A DNA stretch of 64,000 nt from Candidatus Anstonellales archaeon (GCA_038896535.1 JAWACY010000002.1:91002-155001); one strand, 5' to 3'. Positions 1 through 10,118 are shown, counted from the stretch's first letter. Numbers and translations: made by a program. Notes: generated from the letters alone by a model not told the origin.

Positions 1-385
1 CAACATTATTGCTGCTCATATAATCATTTAACATTTTTAAAAATCTCTGCTTCTCCATATCATTAAGGCCAAAAAGTATTGGTTCAAGTGATTCAATATA
101 TATAGCTTGTGGCCTAATCCTTTGTACAAATTGCTCGAGGATAAGAAATAATGAAGTCGGATCATTGGCATTACTTATTTTCAAAACCCCGCTTTGTTTT
201 TCACTTCCGCCTGTCTGTGTTAAATCAACACATGCCCATGCTTTCTTGCCCTTTATATATTTCTCCACTTGCTTAAATGGGGTTTTTGTTAGAATAATGA
301 GCTTTATCCTTTTATCCTTATTTATACGCTCAACAAACTTTTCCTTTACAACTAACAAAGCCAAAGCATAAATTAAAGGCATAAT
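1..385 (-). CDS. hypothetical protein, N-terminal part (gene continues beyond window start)
   Basis: Reverse strand reads ATG at 385-383 then about 128 sense codons with no stop to position 1 (MIMPLIYALALLVVKEKFVERINKDKRIKLIIL...), which is unlikely by chance in AT-rich DNA. Absent from the ORF track because it is truncated by the window edge. Confidence 0.4.
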   Translation of the reverse strand, partial: MMPLIYALALLVVKEKFVERINKDKRIKLIILTKTPFKQVEKYIKGKKAWACVDLTQTGGSEKQSGVLKISNANDPTSLFLILEQFVQRIRPQAIYIESLEPILFGLNDMEKQRFLKMLNDYMSSNNV

Positions 386-470
386 CATATATTTAGGAAA
401 CATATTTAAATGTTATTACTCAAATAAATCAAATAAAAATCGCTTACTTACATACAATATCGGCGGTTTT

Positions 471-932
471 ATGCGAAAATTTAGGGATATAAAAGAAAAA
501 TATAAAAAAGCTGAACAAAAAGCACTGGAAAAAATAGATAAAATAGCAGATAAATTAAGAAAATCAAAAATATTAAAACCATTGTATGAAAGAAGAAAAA
601 AACTTGGCCCTTTTATTGCTTATGGTGATGTGTTAATAAATACAGGCATTCTATACCTGACATTAAAAAATAAATTGCTTGGCATATCCTCATTATATGC
701 TTATGCTTATGCAAAAGATGCTTTTAGGGCTTTGCAATTTTTTACAAACGAAACAAAAAGTCCGCTGGCTAAGTATTGCATGCTATACTTCTCATTAAAT
801 ATCCTAAGCTTTGGCTTTTATTCTCTAATGCCGTTTGAAAGTTATTTATCATTATATTTCTACATTAAGACAAATAGAAAAGCAGATCATAGAAAAGAAG
901 ATTATGGGAAAGACAATAATGACAATATTTAA
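471..932 (+). CDS. hypothetical protein with K/E-rich N-terminus and hydrophobic C-terminal half
   Basis: 153-aa ORF in an otherwise uncovered interval upstream of serS. No recognisable domain. Confidence 0.35.
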   Translation: MRKFRDIKEKYKKAEQKALEKIDKIADKLRKSKILKPLYERRKKLGPFIAYGDVLINTGILYLTLKNKLLGISSLYAYAYAKDAFRALQFFTNETKSPLAKYCMLYFSLNILSFGFYSLMPFESYLSLYFYIKTNRKADHRKEDYGKDNNDNI

Positions 933-954
933 ATTATTTCTTATATAAGCATAT

Positions 955-2205
955 ATGCTTGATCCAGATTTTATAAGAAATAACCATGACATAGTAATAA
1001 AGAAATTTGTTGACAGAGGGTATGATAAAGGGCTTGTCCTAGAATTTTTAGAGATAGATAAAGAATGGAGGGCAGTAAAACAAGAAAGCGATAAAAAAAG
1101 GGCTGAGAAAAATATCATATCAAACAATATAAAAGAGCATATTAAAGAGAAAAAGGACATAACAAAATTAAAAGAACAAGCACTTGAACTTGATAAGAAA
1201 ATAAAGGAGCTGGAGCAAAAAGAGAAGGGCCTTGAACAAAACAGGAAAAATATATTGTTGCAAATGCCAAATTTACAGCAAGATGATGTGCCAATAGGAA
1301 AAGATGAAAATGACAATGTCGAAATAAAAAAATGGCTTAAGCCATCAAAAACAAGCAGTGATATAAAACCACATTACGAGCTGCCTTTTTTTGATTTCGA
1401 AAGAGCAGCAAAAATATCGGGCCATAGGTTTGCTTTAATGTATGGCCATTTTGCAAAGCTTGAAAGAGCATTAATAAACTTCATGCTTAACATGCAAATA
1501 TTAAATGGTTATAAAGAGGTATGGGGCCCGCATTTAGTATTAACAAAAGCAATGATAGGAACTGGGCAATTGCCAAAATTTGAACAGGAACTTTATAAAA
1601 CAGATGACGATTTATGGCTTTTGCCAACAGCAGAGGTCATGCTTGTCAATATTTACAGGGAAGAAGTTTTAGAAAACCATTACCTACCAATAAGGTTGTG
1701 TAGCTATACTCCTTGTTATAGAAGAGAAGCAGGAGCTTATGGCAAGGATATTAAAGGTTTTTTAAGGCAGCACCAATTTGATAAGATAGAGCTTGTATCA
1801 ATAACAAGAGCAGAAGACAGCAAAACAGAACATGAAAAAATGCTTTCTGATGCAGAATCAATACTAAAAGCCCTTGAACTGCCATATAGAGTTATGCTAT
1901 TATGCACTTCTGACCTTGGCTTTGCATCTGCAAAAACTTATGATATAGAAGTATGGCTTCCAAGCCAAGATAAATATAGAGAAATAAGTTCAGTCAGTAA
2001 TTGCCTTGATTTTCAGGCAAGAAGGGCAAACATCAGATACTTAGAAAGGGGCGAGCTATATTTTGCCCATACATTGAACGGGTCTGGCCTTGCTGTTGGG
2101 AGGACACTCATAGCATTAGTAGAAAACATGCAGGAAAAAGATGGCATAAAAATACCAAAGGCATTACAACCATATTTTGAAAGCGATTTCATACATTTTG
2201 ATTAA
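955..2205 (+). CDS. serS: seryl-tRNA synthetase
   Basis: Class II aaRS motifs (GHRFALMYG, TAEV, CYRREAGAYGKD) and an N-terminal coiled-coil arm. 416 aa. Confidence 0.95.
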   Translation: MLDPDFIRNNHDIVIKKFVDRGYDKGLVLEFLEIDKEWRAVKQESDKKRAEKNIISNNIKEHIKEKKDITKLKEQALELDKKIKELEQKEKGLEQNRKNILLQMPNLQQDDVPIGKDENDNVEIKKWLKPSKTSSDIKPHYELPFFDFERAAKISGHRFALMYGHFAKLERALINFMLNMQILNGYKEVWGPHLVLTKAMIGTGQLPKFEQELYKTDDDLWLLPTAEVMLVNIYREEVLENHYLPIRLCSYTPCYRREAGAYGKDIKGFLRQHQFDKIELVSITRAEDSKTEHEKMLSDAESILKALELPYRVMLLCTSDLGFASAKTYDIEVWLPSQDKYREISSVSNCLDFQARRANIRYLERGELYFAHTLNGSGLAVGRTLIALVENMQEKDGIKIPKALQPYFESDFIHFD

Positions 2206-2217
2206 ATTTAAATATGT

Positions 2218-2826
2218 TTAAATGATTTTAATGCTTTTCAATGCTTTATGTTTTTGCAGCTCTATTAATAAGCGCTTTGCTGCTTTCCAATCTTCCACCC
2301 TTTTTATGTTATCATGCTCTAAGCCCTTATTATAAGGCTTGTCCATTAATAGAACAAATATTCCATTTTGTGCTGCTTTAAAAGCAAAGTCCTTATTATC
2401 TTCTACAAGTATTTTTATGCCGATTTCTCTGCAAATAATTTCTTTTGAATTCCTTGTTTTATCGAGGAAAAAAACGTCTTTTATTTCTGGAAAGTGCGTT
2501 CTTATCCAGAAAATAGTATCAGAATAAAGGCTATTATGCCTGGATGTAAGAGCATATATTTCATAAATCTTGGATAATTCTTTAATTGCTTCTTTTGCAT
2601 ATGGTAAACATGTTAGCTGCTTTAATTTGCCTGAAGCATAAAAATTATCAAGCAATCTTCTCTCTTCTTCCTTAGTTATGCCAAAGCATTTACTAAATTC
2701 CCAATGGCATATATGATATTCCTTATAACCAGTGCCTTTCAAGGCATTGAAAAAATCAAGAAATGCTTGCAAAAAATTTGCCAAAACTCCGTCAATATCA
2801 ACAGCCAGCTTTTCCATATTTTTCAT
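2218..2826 (-). CDS. HAD-superfamily 5'(3')-deoxyribonucleotidase-like hydrolase
   Basis: N-terminal VDIDGVLANF matches the NT5C/HAD motif I (DxDGVLADF). Internal ATG at 2826 or 2817 is preceded by a GGGGGG SD-like run, so the start was moved from the ORF-track start at 2856. Confidence 0.65.
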   Translation of the reverse strand: MKNMEKLAVDIDGVLANFLQAFLDFFNALKGTGYKEYHICHWEFSKCFGITKEEERRLLDNFYASGKLKQLTCLPYAKEAIKELSKIYEIYALTSRHNSLYSDTIFWIRTHFPEIKDVFFLDKTRNSKEIICREIGIKILVEDNKDFAFKAAQNGIFVLLMDKPYNKGLEHDNIKRVEDWKAAKRLLIELQKHKALKSIKII

Positions 2827-2946
2827 AGCCCCCCTTAAATGCCTGATTAATAGCATAATTAATTAAAATGAAATTGAATGAAACAAATTGAATGAAATTG
2901 AATAAAAATAATAAAAAATAATTAAAAAATGAAAATCTGGTTAAGA

Positions 2947-3312
2947 TTATTCAACTTTTATTTTTGGCGGCACGATTGGTGGCCTATAGTTTAAAACCCT
3001 TGCTATAAGTGTGCCATGAGATGAGCCAAGATAGTTTATAATATTTATCAATCTTTCTGTCTGCTCTTTATCAAGCTTTTTATTCTTCTTCCATTGCTCA
3101 ACAACATCTTTTGGTTCATCTCTGCCAAAAAGAACGCCTTTTAATGTTATGCTGCCAACGCCCTTATATTCAACTGTATATACATAATGGTATTCTATCA
3201 TGCCTTCATTCTCTTTTACATCACTTATACTTATATTTATGCCCATGCCTTCATGCTCTTTTCTGTCATTTATTTTGGCATTTATTTCATCAACTCTGTC
3301 TCCTAATATCAT
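2947..3312 (-). CDS. hypothetical protein
   Basis: 121-aa ORF with coding-like composition and no recognisable motif. Confidence 0.4.
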   Translation of the reverse strand: MILGDRVDEINAKINDRKEHEGMGINISISDVKENEGMIEYHYVYTVEYKGVGSITLKGVLFGRDEPKDVVEQWKKNKKLDKEQTERLINIINYLGSSHGTLIARVLNYRPPIVPPKIKVE

Positions 3313-3486
3313 ATTCCTACCTCTTAATGTATTATGCTCGTATTTATGAAAACATCAGAGCAAACATTTTAAAAATGTATTACTACCATAAATATATTAT
3401 TAATAACATTTTGATTTCATAATTATGATAAGCAAAGCAAGAAAGAAAAGGCAAGAAAAAAGAGTGAGATAAAGAAGAGTGAAATT

Positions 3487-4548
3487 ATGGTCCTAAGAAA
3501 TAATATTGCAAGCAAGAATACAAACAAGAATGCAAGCAAGAATAATATTAAAAGCAGGAATATTAATAAAAGCATAAGCATTCAGGGGCCTTTTGTTTAT
3601 ATAAAGCAAAAAAGGCCATCAATAGTGGATATAGGACATAAATATCTGGAAGCACTTGAAAAAGAAGATATGCTTGGTAATTTGAGCAGGCCTTATGAGA
3701 TAAAGGTGCATATAATAACTTCTGTTAGGCTAATGAGGCATATAAAAGAATCTTGCATAAAAATGAGTAATGAGATAAATGAATTAATAGCATTACTTGA
3801 ACAAATAAATAGCATATTAGTGAAAAAAGGAGCAACAAGCGCAAGTGTTATGCATAACCTCTATTTTATTGAGAAAAAAATAAAGTCAAAATATTCATAT
3901 GAATGGCAACAAGCAAAATCAAGATTAGAAGAAACATTAGAAAAACTTGAAACAAATATTGATAAAAGCAATGAAAGAAATAGGCCGAACGCAGCTGCCT
4001 TAGTTGTATCAATAATAAACAGGCTTAAAAAAAGGCACAGAAATCTGCAATCAATAATGTCTTATGCATGCAATAATGAGCAATTGCTTGAAAAGGAAAT
4101 GAGAAATTGGCTTGCATTGTGGCTTCAAAAAGCCATCGAAAAAACAGCAGAATTAAAAAAAGAGATTGAATCATTTAAGCAAGCATCATCTTTATTATGC
4201 CAAGAATATTGGGAGATTGATGCGATGATTGAAAATTCAAGAAGGGAGAGGAGAGAATTGTTAAAGCTGTTGGAGAAGAGGCGCAGTGCTGAAAAATTAA
4301 AAGACATCGGTAAAAAAATCGATAGCATGCTAATGCAAATAAAAAAGCAATTCTCTTATTTATATGATGAAGTAAGGTTTGAATTATTAGCAGGAAAACC
4401 CTGGTTTATATCTTCTGAGCTTATTAAGAATGGAGAAACAAATATTGGTAATTTAATAGAAGAAGCAAATAGGCATATTTTAAAAGGAAATTTAGAAGAA
4501 GCAAGAAAAACATTTAAACAAGCGCTTGCATTAATTAAGCAAAATTAA
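3487..4548 (+). CDS. hypothetical coiled-coil protein
   Basis: 353 aa, K/E/L-rich heptad-like sequence, no catalytic motif. Confidence 0.5.
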   Translation: MVLRNNIASKNTNKNASKNNIKSRNINKSISIQGPFVYIKQKRPSIVDIGHKYLEALEKEDMLGNLSRPYEIKVHIITSVRLMRHIKESCIKMSNEINELIALLEQINSILVKKGATSASVMHNLYFIEKKIKSKYSYEWQQAKSRLEETLEKLETNIDKSNERNRPNAAALVVSIINRLKKRHRNLQSIMSYACNNEQLLEKEMRNWLALWLQKAIEKTAELKKEIESFKQASSLLCQEYWEIDAMIENSRRERRELLKLLEKRRSAEKLKDIGKKIDSMLMQIKKQFSYLYDEVRFELLAGKPWFISSELIKNGETNIGNLIEEANRHILKGNLEEARKTFKQALALIKQN

Positions 4549-5532
4549 TTAAGCAAAACCTTTACTTGCGCTTGCACTTATGTGCCTTTTTTGTATTACT
4601 TTAAACGTCTCAAACGCATATCGCATTATTTCATCATCATTATAATTTAGCTTCAACCAGTTTAATAAACCATTTATCTGTTCAAGTGTTTCCATTCTAT
4701 CCAGTATCATCTCAATTACAGCATTATTCTTGTATTCTGGAAACTTAGAGAAAAATTCATCCAGCACTTTATGGCCTTGCTTTTTAAATGCTTTAGCAAG
4801 TGCTTTTCCAATAATGAATAGAGAGTGTAAATAAAGTTCCTTCTTCTCCTCAAATGCATTGAACAGCCAAATCTTAAATTTATCAGCTAAGTAATGGCAC
4901 ATTCCAGCATCAAAATCTTTATCATCTTTAAAATCAATCACAAATGATATTACAAGCATCGTGCAAAGCTTTTTATCTAAAGGCATTTGAGTTTCCATAT
5001 CCCTTTCAATTGCTTTTATGTAAAATTCAGGCCTTTCTTCAGCAAGCAATTTGGCAAATGAAAAAACAGCTTCAAATGCTGTATCAAAGTCATCTGATTT
5101 TATAGAATTATATAGCAAAGGCAATATTTCATTTAACCTCCTTATTTTTTTCCCGCTTGTTAAAATATTTTGCAATGCAATAATGCAGGCCATTCTATTA
5201 ATATCAAATTCCTTTATTATAATTTCCTCTAATTTATTCTGGTTATTCTGTAATAAATAAGGAGTAATGATAATTAATGCTTCTCCTCTTTTGTTTTCCT
5301 CAATACTAAAAAAGTGCTCAGCGACTTCAAGTGCTTCTTCTATTATTTTATTTCCTTTAACAATTCTTAAAATGTTCGGATTTGTTAAAGAATAAGCCCA
5401 AAAATCCCTTATTAATTCAAGTAATGTTCTCTCTTTAATGTCCTTTCTTTGTAATGACCCATAAGTAGCTCTATTTATTAACCTACTCCTCATACCATAA
5501 TTACCTAATTTATCTAATACAATTTCCCTCAT
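4549..5532 (-). CDS. hypothetical alpha-helical repeat protein
   Basis: ATG at 5532 lies 5 nt downstream of an AGGGGGG SD-like run. The ORF-track start at 5640 would add a K/N-rich low-complexity leader. Confidence 0.5.
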   Translation of the reverse strand: MREIVLDKLGNYGMRSRLINRATYGSLQRKDIKERTLLELIRDFWAYSLTNPNILRIVKGNKIIEEALEVAEHFFSIEENKRGEALIIITPYLLQNNQNKLEEIIIKEFDINRMACIIALQNILTSGKKIRRLNEILPLLYNSIKSDDFDTAFEAVFSFAKLLAEERPEFYIKAIERDMETQMPLDKKLCTMLVISFVIDFKDDKDFDAGMCHYLADKFKIWLFNAFEEKKELYLHSLFIIGKALAKAFKKQGHKVLDEFFSKFPEYKNNAVIEMILDRMETLEQINGLLNWLKLNYNDDEIMRYAFETFKVIQKRHISASASKGFA

Positions 5533-5802
5533 AAAAGCCCCCCTATTGTTTTTCTTATTTTTCTTATTTTTTCTTATGTTTTCCTTATTTTTGTTATGCT
5601 TTTTATAAAAATATTTATTATAGGAAAGGTTTAAAAACACATATATTGAAAAATTAGGACTATAAAATCATATTAATCATAATTAGAAAAATAATTAGAA
5701 AAAATAGAGGAGCAAGAGAAACAAAAAGCAATGAAATAGGGCAACATAAAAATAAGGCAATAAAAGCATTAATATTTTAAATAGTTGCTCTAATTTAAAA
5801 AT

Positions 5803-6612
5803 ATGGTAAATTTTAATTTCACTGGCATTCCATTCAAACCATCTTATAAATCAATATTTTCCCATATATTTGTCCCATTGTTATTTGCAGTCTTATTTTA
5901 CAGTTTCATTTTAATGCTCGAATCATTAATAGGGCTGTTTGCCAGCATAAATTTATCTTCAATTTTTGCTATTCCGCTTGTATTAATAATACTAATTTTT
6001 GCCTCATATTATGAAATAAAAAGGCACTACACAGTATATAAGATTGATAATAATGGCATAGAGATAATAACAGGCATAATAAATAAAAGAGAGGCAAAAG
6101 TACCATATAGAAATATACAAAACATCTTTGTAGAGAAGCATCTTGTTGATAGATTATTAAACATAGGAACTGTATATATAGAGACTGCAAGTGCAACAAA
6201 AGAAGAAAAAGACAGAATAGAGCTTTATGGGATTGAAGAACCAAATTTATTCTCTGATAAGATTAGCGAGAAGATAACGGCATTAAGCAAAGAAAAAATA
6301 GAAAATAAGGAATATGAAAGGATAAAGGCTGAGATTGAGAACATTAAAAAAGACTTGGCTGCTGTTAAAGAGGCAATAGAAGGTTTTGGGCAGCATGTTG
6401 AAATGCATGAAAATGAAGTAAATTATATAAAATCAGAAATTGAAAAGCTTGATTCTCAAATTAAAATTATTGTAACAAGGCTGGATATAATAACTAATGA
6501 ATACTACAGCCAAAAAAATGAAAAAACAGATTCAAAAATAGCTGGAGAAACAAAGATAAGGAAAATTAGAAAGAAGAGAAAACAAAACGAAGATGAAACA
6601 GATGAAAAATAA
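5803..6612 (+). CDS. membrane protein with bacterial-PH-like (YdbS/YdbT, DUF304) domain and coiled-coil tail
   Basis: Two N-terminal TM helices, then YRNIQNIFVEKHLVDRLLNIGTVYIET matching the bPH_2 consensus. C-terminus is coiled-coil with a K/R-rich end. Confidence 0.55.
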   Translation: MVNFNFTGIPFKPSYKSIFSHIFVPLLFAVLFYSFILMLESLIGLFASINLSSIFAIPLVLIILIFASYYEIKRHYTVYKIDNNGIEIITGIINKREAKVPYRNIQNIFVEKHLVDRLLNIGTVYIETASATKEEKDRIELYGIEEPNLFSDKISEKITALSKEKIENKEYERIKAEIENIKKDLAAVKEAIEGFGQHVEMHENEVNYIKSEIEKLDSQIKIIVTRLDIITNEYYSQKNEKTDSKIAGETKIRKIRKKRKQNEDETDEK

Positions 6613-6650
6613 ATAAAAGTAAATTAATAATCTATTTATATTTCGCTTAT

Positions 6651-6734
6651 GCTGGGGTCGCCTAGCCCGGTATGGCGGCAGCCTGCTAAGCTGCTTCCCG
6701 AAAGGGTTCGCGGGTTCAAATCCCGCCCCCGGCG
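6651..6734 (+). tRNA. tRNA-Ser (anticodon GCU)
   Basis: Cloverleaf readable by eye: acceptor GCUGGGG/CCCCGGC with one G-U pair, 3-bp D stem, anticodon stem GCAGC/GCUGC with loop CUGCUAA, 15-nt variable arm UUCCCGAAAGGGUUC, T arm GCGGG-UUCAAAU-CCCGC, discriminator G. CCA not encoded. Confidence 0.85.
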
Positions 6735-6917
6735 TTCTAAAAAAAGAGATAGAAAGAAGCAATAATAAAATTAAATGAAAAAATGAAAATATAATGATAT
6801 ATGGAAGTAAAATAATAAAATAAAAAGATTAAATAAAAAAAATAAAAAATAATTTATTCTGAAGTGTTCTAAAACATTTTGCACATTTTGCAATTTCAAT
6901 TATTTCAATTCACTTTT

Positions 6918-7073
6918 TCATGCATTGCCCAATACTTTCCATACGGCTGTGTTGCAATTAGGACATTTTCCATTCAAGAACTTCTTTTTCCCTCTTTTAG
7001 TATCTTTAACTACTTCCTTTGCATCTCTCATTTCTACATTAGCCTTACACTTTACGCAATATCCTTTTGCCAT
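6918..7073 (-). CDS. small zinc-ribbon protein (CxxC...CxxC), 51 aa
   Basis: Reverse strand translates to MAKGYCVKCKANVEMRDAKEVVKDTKRGKKKFLNGKCPNCNTAVWKVLGNA. Two CxxC pairs and a basic linker resemble a conserved archaeal small zinc-ribbon protein family. Below the ORF-track size cutoff. Confidence 0.55.
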   Translation of the reverse strand: MAKGYCVKCKANVEMRDAKEVVKDTKRGKKKFLNGKCPNCNTAVWKVLGNA

Positions 7074-7114
7074 TTTAACCACCCTTGTTTATATGGAATT
7101 ATATATTTATAAAC

Positions 7115-8047
7115 TTAACCAATGTCAGTATTTAATAAACCAGCATGCTTCAAAAATCTGTGTGCATTCATAAAAAATATATTGTACAACTCTGCTTTTG
7201 AAAAGTTTTTACGCATTTTAAGTTCAAGCTTTTTTAATTCATTTGCTTCTTTTATTGGCATTATTAAATCTTTCAATTTTATCCCATACATGTCAGAGCC
7301 AAGGGCAACAGCATTTTTACCAACATTATCAATCATTGCATCAATGCACTTTATAAAAGTATTCAAATCTTTAACCATATTCTTTGATATTGCAATTCCA
7401 ACAATGCCTTTATTATCAGCAACTTTATTAGCGCATTCCATATCTATGTTTCTCTGCTTATCAAAAAATTCCTTTATCCCAGTATGTGATACAAAAACCC
7501 TTCCTTTATCTGCAATTTTTTCATTTAATATATCCATAATACTTTTCCTGCTTAAATGGGCCAAGTCAATTAAGCAATGTTTATCCATGATAATGCTTAC
7601 TGCCTTTGACCCAATTTCTGACAATCCATTATCTTTCTTATCACTGCATCCAGAAGAAAATGCATTGCCATAATTCCATGTAAATCCGTATGATGAAATG
7701 CCCAAATCAGATAAAGCCTCTATTTCATCAAGCTCCAAGCCATAACAGCCTTCTAATGAGATAAGCATATTGAATTTTATTTTATTACGCATTTTCTTAT
7801 AAAACATAAGCTGCTTTATTATCTCTCTAAAAGCATTTAGCTCATAAACGCCTGCTTCAGTATAATTTAAAGGGAATATTGCTGCAATTATAACTGAAAA
7901 TTGGTTGTTCATATTCTTTATTATATTATCAGAAAAATCGTCATAACAAAGCATCCAAGGCTGTCTTGCCCTTATTATAAGGTCTTGATGCAGATCTATG
8001 TATTTCATAATTTTCTTTTGTATTATCATTTTAAATTTATTATACAT
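7115..8047 (-). CDS. membrane dipeptidase (peptidase M19 family)
   Basis: IDLHQDL aligns with the M19 DGHNDLP zinc site, VFVSHTGI with the SHSD motif and ALGSDMYG with the GSDFDG motif. Confidence 0.7.
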   Translation of the reverse strand: MYNKFKMIIQKKIMKYIDLHQDLIIRARQPWMLCYDDFSDNIIKNMNNQFSVIIAAIFPLNYTEAGVYELNAFREIIKQLMFYKKMRNKIKFNMLISLEGCYGLELDEIEALSDLGISSYGFTWNYGNAFSSGCSDKKDNGLSEIGSKAVSIIMDKHCLIDLAHLSRKSIMDILNEKIADKGRVFVSHTGIKEFFDKQRNIDMECANKVADNKGIVGIAISKNMVKDLNTFIKCIDAMIDNVGKNAVALGSDMYGIKLKDLIMPIKEANELKKLELKMRKNFSKAELYNIFFMNAHRFLKHAGLLNTDIG

Positions 8048-8096
8048 TTACTCATCATTTCACTCAATACTTTTTTCATTATTTATTTTCATTGAT

Positions 8097-8987
8097 TTAC
8101 TTTGATCGCAATTTGCTTGTTAAATCAAAATTTAGCGTTATGCCCATTTCAAATAATGTTTTCCAGTCTTTATAAATAATAGGAAATCCATGCCATAAAG
8201 ATAGGTCAATAACGTTCTTACTATCTATTGTCATATAAGCAGTGTATAGAGTTGATCCATATGTATTTAGAACAAGCTGTTCATATGCTGCTATGCCAAG
8301 AGCATCGCAAATTTTCTTATATACTGGATAAGCATAAAATGCCCAATCTTTGCCCCCCATATGTGGCATTGTTGGAGCAACACTATAAGCAAGAACAAAC
8401 CCAGGCACTGTTAAATGAAACACTCTTTTCTTTAATAGCTCAAATACTGCATATGGATGAATATTACTTATATCTTCATAAGTCAGCTTTTCCAGCTTTT
8501 TTTCTTCATTAAATTTCCTCAACGCTATTTTCTCTCCCATGGCTTTTAATACATCAACAAAATATATGCCGTGGCCTTCATAAAGTGCTTGCAAAGTATC
8601 AACTATAACATCATAAACACTATTGAATGTGATAAACCTGCTTTTAATGTCCAGCAATGAAAATATTGTATTAAATGTCCTTACTACCGCTTCATTAGCT
8701 GGTAGCCCAACATTTTCTGCGAATATATCACGCAATATTAGAAGCCTTTCTATATAAGCATTTCTCTCCTGTTTGCTAAGTAAATTAAAAGCTTGCGTGC
8801 CTTTTATTCTATTAACTGCACTGTTTATGAATGAATTGCTTATAAATTCAATGAATAATGGAGAAAATGTTTGAAATACATATGGAACATTTTCCTCGTC
8901 TTTTTCGAATATTCTTGGAGATATTATATTGCTAGAAAATCTTAACACATGCGCTGAATCCGCCCTTGGCATTGCGAAATCTAGCAC
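8097..8987 (-). CDS. hypothetical protein, possibly the C-terminal part of a frame-disrupted gene
   Basis: 296-aa ORF whose listed start is a GTG. Its frame stays open 10 codons further upstream and overlaps the end of the 8981-9397 ORF by 7 nt in another frame. Confidence 0.5.
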   Translation of the reverse strand: MLDFAMPRADSAHVLRFSSNIISPRIFEKDEENVPYVFQTFSPLFIEFISNSFINSAVNRIKGTQAFNLLSKQERNAYIERLLILRDIFAENVGLPANEAVVRTFNTIFSLLDIKSRFITFNSVYDVIVDTLQALYEGHGIYFVDVLKAMGEKIALRKFNEEKKLEKLTYEDISNIHPYAVFELLKKRVFHLTVPGFVLAYSVAPTMPHMGGKDWAFYAYPVYKKICDALGIAAYEQLVLNTYGSTLYTAYMTIDSKNVIDLSLWHGFPIIYKDWKTLFEMGITLNFDLTSKLRSK

Positions 8988-9397
8988 ATGCAGACTGAAT
9001 AAAGGCCTCTTTCTCTAAGTGCATCAACTAAAAGCATTGAGAATATTTTATCTGCTGAAATATTTGGGGATGTATGCGAAAAGCTTGTAGTAAAATCTGG
9101 TTTTATTCCAGCAATTTTCTCAAACCCGGCTGTAAATGCTTCTCTTGCCTTAGGGAATAATGGCTTTATCTCTTTTGATTCTCTTATCTTTCTTTCGTTC
9201 TCTTCTATTAATGCATTTACTGATGGTCTGACAATGCCATATTTAAAATTCTGATTCAATAAAACAGAGCCAGCTAAATTATTAACTTCTAACCTCCCCG
9301 CCATATTAAAAGCTGCAGAAATTTCATTAAAACATTCATATTTTTTATTAACTTTAACATAACTAACACCAAAATGTTTTTGTTGCTCCATATACAA
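8981..9397 (-). CDS. hypothetical protein, possibly the N-terminal part of a frame-disrupted gene
   Basis: 138-aa ORF ending CMC* directly abutting the next ORF, same strand, frames differ by one nucleotide. Confidence 0.45.
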   Translation of the reverse strand: MYMEQQKHFGVSYVKVNKKYECFNEISAAFNMAGRLEVNNLAGSVLLNQNFKYGIVRPSVNALIEENERKIRESKEIKPLFPKAREAFTAGFEKIAGIKPDFTTSFSHTSPNISADKIFSMLLVDALRERGLYSVCMC

Positions 9398-9443
9398 TGT
9401 TGTGTTTAGAAAGATTTTTAAATAATGGCCTATAATTTAATTA

Positions 9444-10118
9444 ATGCTCAATATTGCAAAAAAGGAGATAGAAAAAAATTTTCCATATTTCATACTCGGA
9501 TTCCAAGATGGGCTTGTTAATGTATTTGGTGTCATAATGGCAGTTGCTGTTGGCACTGGAAATGTTGCTGTAACAATTTTAGCTGGTCTCGCAGCAACAT
9601 TTGCTGAAAGCGTATCTATGGGCGCTGTTGCATATACAAGCACAAAAGCAGAGAGAGCATTAAATGAAAAGAAATTTGCTGAGCTTAATAAAAAAAGCAG
9701 AAATAGCTTGAAAATGCACATAAAGCATGTATTAAAAAGTCTCGATATGAAAGAAAGGGAAGCTAATGAAATAGCAAGCATAATGTCAAAAAATAAAAAG
9801 GCAAGCTTAAACTTCCTTATTAGCAATGAAATGAAGTTAAGCCCTGAGATGAAAAATCCTTTAAAATATGGCATAATTGTTTTACTCTCATCTTTTATTG
9901 GCTCTTTTGTGCCTTTAATAAGTTTCTTGTTTTTTCCTATAAAAATGGCTATAATTTATACTATATTATTTTGCGCCATATGCCTTTTCTTTGTCGGCGT
10001 TTATAAATCAAGGCTTTATAAGACAAACCCATTAAAAGAAGGCCTTGAATTATTAATTATAGGCATGACTTCTGCATTCATAGGATTTATAACTGGATAC
10101 ATGTTTGGAGCAAAATGA
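9444..10118 (+). CDS. VIT1/CCC1-family iron/manganese transporter
   Basis: N-terminal FILGFQDGLVNVFGVIMAVAVG matches the VIT-family GxxDGLVS signature. Multiple TM helices. Confidence 0.7.
   Translation: MLNIAKKEIEKNFPYFILGFQDGLVNVFGVIMAVAVGTGNVAVTILAGLAATFAESVSMGAVAYTSTKAERALNEKKFAELNKKSRNSLKMHIKHVLKSLDMKEREANEIASIMSKNKKASLNFLISNEMKLSPEMKNPLKYGIIVLLSSFIGSFVPLISFLFFPIKMAIIYTILFCAICLFFVGVYKSRLYKTNPLKEGLELLIIGMTSAFIGFITGYMFGAK

Noticed and set aside
165-371. 68-aa plus-strand ORF at the window start
   Set aside because: The opposite strand carries a much longer stop-free reading frame continuing off the window edge (1-385), so the plus-strand ORF is most likely antisense noise.
852-1316. 154-aa minus-strand ORF from the ORF track
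   Set aside because: It lies antisense to the well-supported serS (shared interval 955-1316) and has low-complexity S/F/C-rich translation typical of antisense AT-rich frames.
2866-2905. Three tandem copies of aaattgaatgaa upstream of the HAD hydrolase gene, considered as a mini-CRISPR or regulatory repeat
   Set aside because: Only 12-bp units with no spacers and no cas genes. Most likely AT-rich promoter-region slippage, at most a low-value regulatory repeat.
6532-6762. 76-aa minus-strand ORF from the ORF track
   Set aside because: It overlaps the high-confidence tRNA-Ser on the opposite strand. Its R/P-rich translation comes from the GC-rich tRNA sequence.
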